From Desulfosoma sp. (lineage in GTDB: Bacteria; Desulfobacterota; Syntrophobacteria; Syntrophobacterales; DSM-9756), in contig JBBFKW010000011.1 in the NCBI GenBank assembly GCA_037481835.1, positions 95,163 through 159,162 on the forward strand: DNA of 64,000 nucleotides. Reading direction: 5' to 3'. The notes beneath the pieces are model-generated. The model was not told where the DNA came from, made no database searches, and worked only from the letters and a program-made list of their open reading frames with translations. The translations under genes and the position numbers were made by a program. Each line of letters starts with the position of its first letter. Position 1 is the first letter of the stretch. Of this stretch, positions 56,193 through 64,000 are shown one piece after another.

Positions 56193-56945
56193 ATGAAGAA
56201 GAAACGGATGCACGGGATTCTTGTCTTAGGGTTGAGCCTTGCCGTGTTCGTGCTGTGCGGCGGGACCGGATTGTCGGCGAGTCCGGGGACGGAGGGCGAC
56301 AGGGCCTTGCCGCCCATGGTGACCAAGCATCTCTTGGTGCCGGAATCCAACACGTCTCAAGGTGGTGCCGGTCCCGTCAACGCCTCGCGGGTCACCTTCA
56401 CGGGGATCCTGAACACGCCCAAGGGGACGAAGGCGCTCTTGGAAACGGGGGCAGCCTCCAAAGAAGGGGCGTCTCCGGCCGGCTGGTACGCCGTGGGCGA
56501 CACCGTGGGGCCCTACGTGCTGAAAGAGATCCAGGCCAATACGGTGGTTCTGGAAGGGAACGGCGACACGCTGCGGCTGCCGCTCTACGGCCCGGACAAG
56601 GACAGGCCGCAACCTGTGGAAGTGGCCGCCGGCCCGCTGGATAAGGGACAAATTCCTCAAAGGGGTGGCGAGCAGGCCCAGGGACAGGGACAGGAACAAC
56701 AAGGCCAACAGCCCGGTCCTTTCGGCCCGGCGCCCAAGGGGGCCGTCCAGGGCAAGGGAACCACCCCACCGGGACAGACGTCGCCTCCTGCTCAAAGCGG
56801 CGGGGCGAATCCGTTGCAACAGGCCATCGAAAAAGCTCGGCAGGGCCAGGGCCAGGGCTCGACGCAAGGACCTTTCCCGCCGCCCCAAGGCTCGGGTTCG
56901 GGGAGCAACCCCTTCATGGAAATTTTGAAAAAGAAGAACCCGTAA
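56193..56945 (+). CDS. gspC: GspC-like T2SS protein (TM + HR-like domain + Q/G/P-rich tail)
   Basis: AGGAGG RBS; VTFTGIL..KALL..YAVGDTVGPYVLKEIQANTVVLEGNG..LPL. Confidence 0.6.
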   Translation: MKKKRMHGILVLGLSLAVFVLCGGTGLSASPGTEGDRALPPMVTKHLLVPESNTSQGGAGPVNASRVTFTGILNTPKGTKALLETGAASKEGASPAGWYAVGDTVGPYVLKEIQANTVVLEGNGDTLRLPLYGPDKDRPQPVEVAAGPLDKGQIPQRGGEQAQGQGQEQQGQQPGPFGPAPKGAVQGKGTTPPGQTSPPAQSGGANPLQQAIEKARQGQGQGSTQGPFPPPQGSGSGSNPFMEILKKKNP

Positions 56946-57059
56946 CCTGCAAGGACCCAGGGCCGGTTTGTCTTTCGGACGGAGGGCGGACCTACAGGCC
57001 CGCACAAAGCGGGGCCGTGACACCCACGCCTCGAGAAAGGGCCCCTTCTCGGCATGGCT

Positions 57060-57914
57060 CTAGCAACGCCGGTCCCATAGTAAAGACACACTAAAATGGG
57101 CGGCAAGGCCGAGCGCCACGAAGGGGGCAAGGATACCGGAACATTGCGGGTGGTGCTTGCAAAATAGACGGAATGCGCTGCGATGGAAGTGGGTGTGGGC
57201 GCTCAGGCGTTGGTGGCGGCGACTCACCCCCACGTGATGGATTACGCTGGACGCCGGATGGTAGACGGTCTGCCATCCGGCGTTTTTCATCCGAGCGCAT
57301 AAGTCCGCGTCTTCCCAAAAAAGAAAGAAGCCTTCGTCGAAACCTGAGACGGATTGGAAGGCGGCGCGCCGAATGATCATGCAGGCTCCGGAGACCCAAT
57401 CCACCACTCGGGGCCCAAGGTCGTCCCTTTCCAAATTGACAATGTTTTTCCGGGAAAATCGGTTCCTCGGGAAACGCCTGGTCAGGGGCGATGTCCTGCC
57501 GAACAGGACGGTGGACAGAGAAGGGAAGGATCGGGCCGAGCCTTGAACGGATCCGTCCCCGTTGAGGATCTTGGGGCCAAGAATCCCTACGGTAGGATGT
57601 TCTTCCATGAATGACAATAGCTCCGACCAGGGCCCTTCCAAAAAAAGGCTGTCGGGATTGACCACAATAAATAGGGGAGCGTGGGTCTTTCGACACAGGT
57701 TGTTTACGGCTTTGCCAAAGCCCAGGTTGCTCGGGTTTCGATACACACTGACTTGGGGCGGCATTCCCAGCAGCGTCCAATCCACGCTTGACCCGTTGTC
57801 CGCGATATGAAAGGAGGGGGAGTAACGGCTGAGCGAGGTGGCAAGGATGGAGCGAACACAATTGACGGTTTCGTTTTCACTATGGTAGTTGACGATGAAA
57901 ACGTCTAAAGCCAT
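57060..57914 (-). CDS. GT2 glycosyltransferase (WbbL/rhamnosyltransferase-like)
   Basis: IVNY, ADNGS, NLGFG, VNPD, VDWVSGACM, GFDEGFFLFWEDADLC. Confidence 0.9.
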   Translation of the reverse strand: MALDVFIVNYHSENETVNCVRSILATSLSRYSPSFHIADNGSSVDWTLLGMPPQVSVYRNPSNLGFGKAVNNLCRKTHAPLFIVVNPDSLFLEGPWSELLSFMEEHPTVGILGPKILNGDGSVQGSARSFPSLSTVLFGRTSPLTRRFPRNRFSRKNIVNLERDDLGPRVVDWVSGACMIIRRAAFQSVSGFDEGFFLFWEDADLCARMKNAGWQTVYHPASSVIHHVGVSRRHQRLSAHTHFHRSAFRLFCKHHPQCSGILAPFVALGLAAHFSVSLLWDRRC

Positions 57915-58102
57915 GGTCCCGTTCCTCTCGGTAGCCCTGTGGGAAAGATGAACCGCGCGCCTCATGGAAAGCGGGGCTCGGCCGAGCGGGTCTCCATAGC
58001 ACTTTTAGCACGAACCATGCAAGGGGAGAGCCGAGAAAAAGAGCTTGGGATTGCCAGCTGGTAACGAAACGGGCAAGCGGTCTAGAAAAGGATACGAAAA
58101 GG

Positions 58103-59080
58103 TTGAGTCGAAAGGTCCTGATTACAGGGGTTGCGGGCTTCATTGGATCTCATCTGGCGGATCGGCTGCTTTCAGACGGCGTGGATGTCGTCGGCATTGA
58201 CAACTTGTCCACGGGGAGCTTGCAAAACATCTCTCACCTTGCCGCCCATGGTGCATTTCGCCTGGTTGTGGACACCATCCTCAACGAGCGCCTGATGGAC
58301 GAGCTGGTGGGCCGGTGCGACGAGGTCTACCACCTGGCGGCGGCGGTGGGCGTAAAGCTCATCATGAACCGCCCGGTGGAGACGCTGGAAACCAACGTGC
58401 GGGGAACCGAGGTGGTCCTTCGGTGCGCCAACCGCCACAAGAAAAAGGTGCTCATCACGTCCACGTCCGAAGTGTACGGCAAGGCCATGGACGACAACGG
58501 CGGCGCCCCCCTTCGGGAAGACGGCGACAGCCTCATCGGACCCACGTCCCGGCGCCGCTGGGCCTACGCCTGTTCCAAGGCCTTGGACGAGTTTCTCGCC
58601 CTGGCCTATCACGAAGAAAAGAAGCTTCCCGTCATCGTCGTGCGCCTGTTCAACACGGTGGGACCACGCCAGACAGGCCAATACGGGATGGTTGTCCCCA
58701 ACTTCGTCCAGAAGGCGCTGCTCAACAAGCCCATCATTGTCTACGGCGACGGGTCCCAGTCCCGGTCCTTCACCCACGTCTCCGACGTCGTGGAAGCCCT
58801 GGTGCGCCTCATGGCCGAACCGCGGGCCGTGGGTCAGGTCGTCAACGTGGGGAACCCCCAGGAAATCACCATCCGCGAACTGGCCGAGCTGGTCAGGGAA
58901 ATGACCGGAAGCCGATCGGAAATCGAATACATCCCCTATGAACGGGCCTACGGACCCGGTTTTGAAGACATGCGGCGCCGCTGCCCGGATATTACGAAAC
59001 TCAAGGAACTCACCGGCTATACGCCCCGGGTGGACTTGAGGGGCATCATTGAGAGCGTCATCGCGCACTACCAGACTTGA
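58103..59080 (+). CDS. NAD-dependent nucleotide-sugar epimerase/dehydratase (UDP-GlcA decarboxylase-like SDR)
   Basis: ITGVAGFIGSHL, HLAAAVGV, TSTSEVYG, YACSK, RLFNTVGPRQ. Confidence 0.9.
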   Translation: MSRKVLITGVAGFIGSHLADRLLSDGVDVVGIDNLSTGSLQNISHLAAHGAFRLVVDTILNERLMDELVGRCDEVYHLAAAVGVKLIMNRPVETLETNVRGTEVVLRCANRHKKKVLITSTSEVYGKAMDDNGGAPLREDGDSLIGPTSRRRWAYACSKALDEFLALAYHEEKKLPVIVVRLFNTVGPRQTGQYGMVVPNFVQKALLNKPIIVYGDGSQSRSFTHVSDVVEALVRLMAEPRAVGQVVNVGNPQEITIRELAELVREMTGSRSEIEYIPYERAYGPGFEDMRRRCPDITKLKELTGYTPRVDLRGIIESVIAHYQT

Positions 59081-59095
59081 GCGAGGATAGGGGCT

Positions 59096-61042
59096 ATGGA
59101 GATCGCTCTGTATTGGATTCGGGCCCTGGGGTTGTTTGCCGGCGCCTTGGCCCTCGCCTGGCGGCTGACGCCGATCGTGGGGCGCTGGGCCGCCCGACAC
59201 GGCAAGGTGGCCGTTCCCCGGGAAGACCGCTGGCACAAAAAAGCCACACCGCTTTTGGGCGGTATGGCCATTGTCGGGGCGTTCTATGCCGTGACAACCC
59301 TAGCCATGTTTGTCGGGCTCATGGGTGCCGGCTCTCGCTCCCTCGTGCCTGTGCTGCCGCTCCTGCTCTGCGGCGTGGGCATGTTCCTCCTCGGGCTCTG
59401 GGACGATTTCCGAAACCTCTCCCCCCAGACCAAACTCGTGGGACAGATCGTCCTGGCGGCTGTCCTGGTCTTCTACGGCTACAAGATCGATTGGTTCGTG
59501 TCCAAGACGGCCAACACCTTTTTGAGCATTCTATGGATCGTGGGGATCACCAACGCCTTTAACCTCTTGGACAACATGGACGGGTTGAGCGCCGGTGTGG
59601 CGGCGGTGGCCGCTTTTTTCCTGCTGGCTTTTGAAACCGTGACGGGAGGGGGACTCCCCGCGGATCCCCACATGCTCCTCGTGCCCATCTTTCTCGGGGC
59701 CGTCCTTGGCTTTCTGCGCCACAACGCCTACCCCGCCTCCATCTTCATGGGCGATTGCGGCAGCCTGTTCCTCGGGTTCCTGCTCGCCGGCATCAGCACC
59801 CAGAACGAGCTCAGCCGCCACGGGCACCTGGTGCCCATCGTTTTGGCGCCCCTGTTCGTTTTCTGCCTTCCCGTGGCGGACATGGCCCTGGTTTCCGTCA
59901 TGCGCACGGTTTTTTGCCGCTCCGTCGCCTGCGGCGGCCGGGATCACACCTCCCACCGGCTCGTGGCCATAGGCCTGGATGAAAAAAGGGCCGTGCGGGT
60001 TCTTTACGGCTTTTCGGCTCTGGGAGGGGCCGTGGCGCTCCTGAGCGCCCTGGACATGGGCCTCTTCTATGCCGCCGGGTCGCTTTTCGTGCTCTTGACG
60101 GTGGTTTTTCTCGTGCGGCTCGCCCAGGTGCGGGTATACCCTCCCGGGGAAAAGAGCCTCTTGGAAAAGAAACCGGCCCTCACAGTCCTCTGGGTGCAGT
60201 TCACCTACAAGAAACGCGTCTTCGAAGTCCTTCTGGATGTCTTTCTCATTTCCTTTTGTTATTGGCTGGCCTATTACCTGCGCTACGAAAGGTGGGCCGA
60301 TCCCGGGGCGTTTCCTCTCTTTTTGAACAGCCTTCCCGTGGTGCTCGTCTGCTGCCTGGCCGCCTACGTGGGGTGTGGGATTTACAGAGGGGTGTGGCGC
60401 TATACGACGCTTTCGGATGTGAGCGCTCATGCCATGGCGGTGAGCGCGGGGGTGTGCCTGAGCGTGGCGGTCCTGGTTTTCGCTTACGATTTCAGAGGGT
60501 ATTCGCGGACCGTCTTTGCCATCTTCTGGATGCTGACCCTGATTTCCCTGGCGGGGTCCCGGCTTTCCTTCCGCCTTCTTTCGGAATTTCTAAACAAGCT
60601 CGCCCAAAAAACCGGCCGGCGGACCCTCATCTACGGGGCCAACCGAAGCGGTGGGTACGTTCTCCAGGAACTCCTGGAAAACAAGGCACTGGGCTTGGTT
60701 CCTGTCGGGTTCATCGACGAGGATGAGCGCACGGTGCGGCGGCGTCTTTTCGGCTACAAGGTCCTGGGGAGCCTCCGGAACCTGCGCAAGCTCATCCGGC
60801 GCTACGGGGTCCAGGAAATCATCGTGGCCTCCCGCGATGTCTCCCAAGAAATCGCCGAAACCTTGAATGCGGTATGCCGGGAGATGGGTGTCGTCCTGAG
60901 GCGGGCCGAGCTGCAGCTCTTTCCGTGCGGGGAAGCCGCTCTTCGTGAGAAAGAGGCAACCCTGGTTCCGGGGACAACCCCGCCTGCCGGGACCACGTCG
61001 CCTCCAGCCCCAAAAGCCGCCGGCATGGGAAACACGGTCTAG
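59096..61042 (+). CDS. MraY/WecA-family phosphoglycosyl transferase fused to a CapD/WbaP-type membrane + CoA-binding-like domain
   Basis: PLLGG, GLWDD, NAFNLLDNMDGL, FMGDCGS, DHTSHRL; then YRGVWRY, RTLIYGA, VGFIDED. Confidence 0.85.
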   Translation: MEIALYWIRALGLFAGALALAWRLTPIVGRWAARHGKVAVPREDRWHKKATPLLGGMAIVGAFYAVTTLAMFVGLMGAGSRSLVPVLPLLLCGVGMFLLGLWDDFRNLSPQTKLVGQIVLAAVLVFYGYKIDWFVSKTANTFLSILWIVGITNAFNLLDNMDGLSAGVAAVAAFFLLAFETVTGGGLPADPHMLLVPIFLGAVLGFLRHNAYPASIFMGDCGSLFLGFLLAGISTQNELSRHGHLVPIVLAPLFVFCLPVADMALVSVMRTVFCRSVACGGRDHTSHRLVAIGLDEKRAVRVLYGFSALGGAVALLSALDMGLFYAAGSLFVLLTVVFLVRLAQVRVYPPGEKSLLEKKPALTVLWVQFTYKKRVFEVLLDVFLISFCYWLAYYLRYERWADPGAFPLFLNSLPVVLVCCLAAYVGCGIYRGVWRYTTLSDVSAHAMAVSAGVCLSVAVLVFAYDFRGYSRTVFAIFWMLTLISLAGSRLSFRLLSEFLNKLAQKTGRRTLIYGANRSGGYVLQELLENKALGLVPVGFIDEDERTVRRRLFGYKVLGSLRNLRKLIRRYGVQEIIVASRDVSQEIAETLNAVCREMGVVLRRAELQLFPCGEAALREKEATLVPGTTPPAGTTSPPAPKAAGMGNTV

Positions 61043-61086
61043 ATTCTTCCAAAAGTCGGCCGCGAAGGCGAACCTCCCCCAAACAC

Positions 61087-61491
61087 TTATTCCTCGTCAA
61101 AAGGCGCCGTGCCGGGAGGGTCACTCTCAACGCTCGGGTTTGGGACCTCTTGCCGTTCCTCCAGCCTCGCTTCTAGGATGGCCAGGCGCTGGGCGAGGCG
61201 TCGCATATTCTGTTCGCGGCGGCATCGATCTAAGTCCTGCGTCAAGCTCTTGATGAAGAGCAAAGCTAGGGCGAAGATTATAGCCAGAATCGGCGGGTAG
61301 TGCACGCCGAGTGCCTTGCCGACTTTGTCCACAATCTTTGGAAAAACTCCTAGCACGAAGGCACCACTGGCCACGGCGATCCACCAGAGGGCATAGCGCA
61401 CTTGCATCCGGTCACGCCGCACGAGGTAAAGGATGGCCACGCAGAGAAGCGTGCCGATGACGGCCGAAGTCCAGTGGGGGGAGAGCTTCAC
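61087..61491 (-). CDS. DUF2304-family membrane protein (GacJ-like)
   Basis: LVRR..YALWW, FPKIVD..LGVHYPP, RRLAQRLAIL; GTGA overlap with the GT2 gene. Confidence 0.8.
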   Translation of the reverse strand: MKLSPHWTSAVIGTLLCVAILYLVRRDRMQVRYALWWIAVASGAFVLGVFPKIVDKVGKALGVHYPPILAIIFALALLFIKSLTQDLDRCRREQNMRRLAQRLAILEARLEERQEVPNPSVESDPPGTAPFDEE

Positions 61492-62225
61492 GGGGCCTCT
61501 CCCGAGTTCAAGGTCCGAGATGCCCTGTTCTTTATAAAGGCAAAAAAAGGGTACGGTCTTTGGCTCACGGAGACGATCCCCGAATAAACGAGGTACCAAA
61601 AGACGGCCCGCCACGTGTGGAACACGCGGCTGTGGCCGTTTCGGCGAGGGCCCATGGTTACGGGCACCTCCGAAAAGCGCAGTCCCGCCCGTTTGAGGAA
61701 AAGGAGGACGCCCACATCCTGGTAATCCAGAAGCGAGGCTTCGCGGCTCGCGAGGATTTTGAGAGCCGGCCGATTGTAGGCGCGAAATCCCGATGTGAGA
61801 TCGGCCACATCGAGCCCCGTGATCCGGCGAAATATCAGCCAGGTGAGGCGGCGGGCCGCGCTGCCTCGATCCACGCAGGATCCGATGACCACATCACTGT
61901 GGCCTTGGAAAAGGGGTTCCAGGATGCGGGGGATGTCTTCCGGCCGATGCTGACCGTCCCCGTCCATGGTGACGAGGATCCGGCAGCCGTGCGCCAGCGA
62001 GTAACGAATGCCGGCCTGGGTCGCACACCACGCTCCGAGGTGTATGGGGAGGGGGAGGACGACGGCGCCCGCGTCCCGAGCCTTTCGGGCCGTGTCGTCG
62101 GTGCTGAAATCGTCCACGACGACCACGGCGCCGTTGAATGCGCGGCGAACGCCCCCCACCACATCCCCGATGGACGCCCCCTCATTGTGCGCTGGAATGA
62201 CGACCCACACCTTTTCCGTACCCAT
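61488..62225 (-). CDS. DPM1/GacI-like GT2 (polyprenyl-phosphate sugar synthase)
   Basis: VIPAHNE, VVDDFSTD, TMDGDGQH, DLTSGFRAYN, EVPV.M..R..G.S. Confidence 0.88.
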   Translation of the reverse strand: MGTEKVWVVIPAHNEGASIGDVVGGVRRAFNGAVVVVDDFSTDDTARKARDAGAVVLPLPIHLGAWCATQAGIRYSLAHGCRILVTMDGDGQHRPEDIPRILEPLFQGHSDVVIGSCVDRGSAARRLTWLIFRRITGLDVADLTSGFRAYNRPALKILASREASLLDYQDVGVLLFLKRAGLRFSEVPVTMGPRRNGHSRVFHTWRAVFWYLVYSGIVSVSQRPYPFFAFIKNRASRTLNSGEAP

Positions 62226-63381
62226 CGCCCCCCGCAACCTTCCCGTAAAGCCCCAGCACATCACGGGCCACGGAATCGATGTGAAAATGGGCCCGAAACC
62301 GCTCCCCACCTTGCTTTCCCATGGCTTCGCGAGCCTCAGGGTCCCGCGCCAAAGCCCTCAAGGCGCCGGCCAAATCCTCCGCATCACCGGGGCGGACGAG
62401 CACTCCCGTTTCCCCGTGGCGGACCACCCACCCCATGCCGGATCCGGGAACATCGGACGCTACGACGGGTTTTTCATAGCGCATGGCCTCGAGGAGCACA
62501 AGGCCGAAGGCCTCCGTCCGTTCCTTGGACGGAAGGCACAGAACGTCGCAGGTAGCCGCCAAAGCGTGGAGTCTCTCGTCGGGAACCCAGCCGGCGAAAA
62601 AGACCCGGGTTTGCAGCCCGCATCGCCGGGAAAGTTCCCGGAGCTTTTTTCCCTCAGGCCCCGTGCCGACGATCACGGCCCGAGCCTCCGGAACGCGGGC
62701 CACGGCCCGGATCAAAACATCATGGCCCTTATAATAGGTCAGGCGCCCCACGCTGAGAACCCTTAAGCCATCAGGGGCCCACATTCTTTCTGCATCGGCC
62801 CGGGCGGAAACCGCCGGTTCCGGAACCCTCAGGGGATCGATCCCCAGGGGGACGATGCGACACTTGGCCCGCCAGGGTTTCAAGGGCTCGCTGGTTTCGA
62901 GGTACGGAGGCGACGTGGCAATGACGGCCCGGGCTTGGCGAAGGAGGCGCGTTTCCAGGGGCCGGTAGATCCGATAAGCCGCCGTCAGTCGCCGATCGAT
63001 GGCGCTCGGGACCACGTCGGCATGCCAGTGCACAACCCATGGAATCTTTCGGGCCTCCGGCACGGCCAGCGCCCAGAAGGCGCTCGTATTCGGGACGTGC
63101 AGATGGAGAAGATCCGGGCGAAAACGGTGGATCATCTTTTTAAAAGCGGAAAGAAAAGCTGGGCTTATAGGGGCGTAGAGCACGGCGCCGCAGCTGGGAA
63201 CCCGAAGTACCCAAGGGTCTTTATCAATATTCCCGACTGTGACCCAATCGGACCGTTGGTTGTGTACCAGAACAGAGATCGGCACCCCGCATCGTGCCAA
63301 AGCATGCACCAAATCTCGCAGAAAATTCTCCATGCCGCCCGCGTAGGGAGGGTAATATTTACCGACATGCATGGCCCTCAT
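62182..63381 (-). CDS. GT4 glycosyltransferase
   Basis: GKYYPP..GGME, HWHAD, VGRLTYYKG, ERTEAFGLVLLEAM. Confidence 0.92.
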   Translation of the reverse strand: MRAMHVGKYYPPYAGGMENFLRDLVHALARCGVPISVLVHNQRSDWVTVGNIDKDPWVLRVPSCGAVLYAPISPAFLSAFKKMIHRFRPDLLHLHVPNTSAFWALAVPEARKIPWVVHWHADVVPSAIDRRLTAAYRIYRPLETRLLRQARAVIATSPPYLETSEPLKPWRAKCRIVPLGIDPLRVPEPAVSARADAERMWAPDGLRVLSVGRLTYYKGHDVLIRAVARVPEARAVIVGTGPEGKKLRELSRRCGLQTRVFFAGWVPDERLHALAATCDVLCLPSKERTEAFGLVLLEAMRYEKPVVASDVPGSGMGWVVRHGETGVLVRPGDAEDLAGALRALARDPEAREAMGKQGGERFRAHFHIDSVARDVLGLYGKVAGGDGYGKGVGRHSSAQ

Positions 63382-63668
63382 GGGCCGCCTCTCCCACCGC
63401 CCTCGCCCCACGATCAAAGGGGAGTTTCATGCGTGTTTTGGGGGTCGTGTGAGCACTGTGAAAACCTTTGTTTTGGTACTCTATATAGAGGCCGCCGTCA
63501 AGGACGTGGGCCATGGCGACGCAAAGCCTATCCGGACCAAGGGTATCGCATGTTTTCCTGGGAAACATGGACCGATGTGAGTGGAAAAAGTCTGTCCCAT
63601 TCCATACGCGAAGGAACGAGCTTGCCCGAAGGGAGATTCGTTGCAGCACTCCCGGGGAATATTCCCTT

Positions 63669-63950
63669 TGTGCCAATGATAGTGAGACACCTTCGCCTTA
63701 TTAAATGAGTGCAAGGCGGGTAGGAGAAGGCGTGATATGTCATCCGCTCAAAATGCCAACCACGGCACAGGGATGGGGGCAACGGAAGGAGCTCGTAGAG
63801 CGACTGGAGTTGCCCCCATCGGGGCACATCGCAATCCACCGGATCCGGAAGTGATGGAAAAGAAACCCCGACGAACCTTTACGGCTTCCTACAAACTGTG
63901 CATCCCGCAAGAAGCCGATGCCTGAAGCGAGCCCGGCGAGATAGGCCCTC
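63669..63950 (+). mobile_element. IS3-family insertion sequence remnant (left end plus truncated orfA)
   Basis: TG-starting end TGTGCCAATGATAGTGAGACACC followed by an orfA fragment. Confidence 0.8.
63737..63950 (+). pseudogene. IS3-family transposase OrfA fragment
   Basis: PDPEVMEKKPRRTFTASYKL..EADA*SEPGEIG; in-frame TGA at 63923 and truncation by a second IS end. Confidence 0.8.
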
Positions 63951-64000
63951 TGTGCCAATGACTGTGAGACACCTGCCCCTTGTTAAATTAGTGTAGGGCG
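63951..64000 (+). mobile_element. Left end of a second related IS3-family element (continues beyond window)
   Basis: 42/50 nt identical to 63669-63718. Confidence 0.75.

Noticed and set aside
53644..56193. 849-aa kinase and other long N-terminal extensions in the ORF track (TBDR, gspJ, gspM, cbiL)
   Set aside because: Extensions are low-complexity overlaps with upstream genes; coupled ATGA/GTGA or RBS-supported starts were used instead
58000..58025. Sigma54-like TTAGCACGAACCATGCA in the divergent GT2/SDR gap
   Set aside because: The invariant -24 GG is AG
63490..63580. c-di-GMP-I riboswitch (GACGCAAAGC core)
   Set aside because: No upstream GGxAAA or GNRA-capped stem, and it points towards an IS rather than a gene
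63923..63925. Selenocysteine codon in IS orfA
   Set aside because: Element is truncated and degenerate; a nonsense mutation is the simpler explanation

Overview
GC-rich bacterial window; gene content suggests a sulfate-reducing deltaproteobacterium (Syntrophobacteraceae-like; inference). 1-7 kb is housekeeping: a cobalamin riboswitch controlling cbiC-cbiL-ABC permease-ATPase, a CoA-disulfide reductase/rhodanese fusion, a small Cys-rich protein and an MBL hydrolase. About 7-63.4 kb reads as one cell-surface biogenesis super-locus. It has a type II secretion operon (gspE-F-H-I-J-K-L-M-D, no gspG here, with ExeA-like and GspC-like genes displaced) and secreted BACON, subtilase and CAP-like proteins. 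It also has two 'lipoprotein + secreted structural protein + terminator' cassettes (a 147-aa protein and a 460-aa S-layer-like protein), each with the same 13-nt Shine-Dalgarno-like leader motif. Glycan genes include a WecA-like initiator, GT2/GT4s, Wzm/Wzt, AlgI/AlgJ, methyltransferases, two polyprenyl-phosphate sugar synthases and two GT-C enzymes (one TMTC-like). A TonB receptor/binding protein/kinase/sigma54-activator module sits beside a candidate sigma54 promoter with a tandem palindromic enhancer ahead of the S-layer-like operon. The subtilase C-terminal domain resembles the 147-aa protein. Five identical 31-bp GTAG REP-like repeats and nested IS3-family ends are also present. All calls come from reading motifs by eye; no database searches were run.
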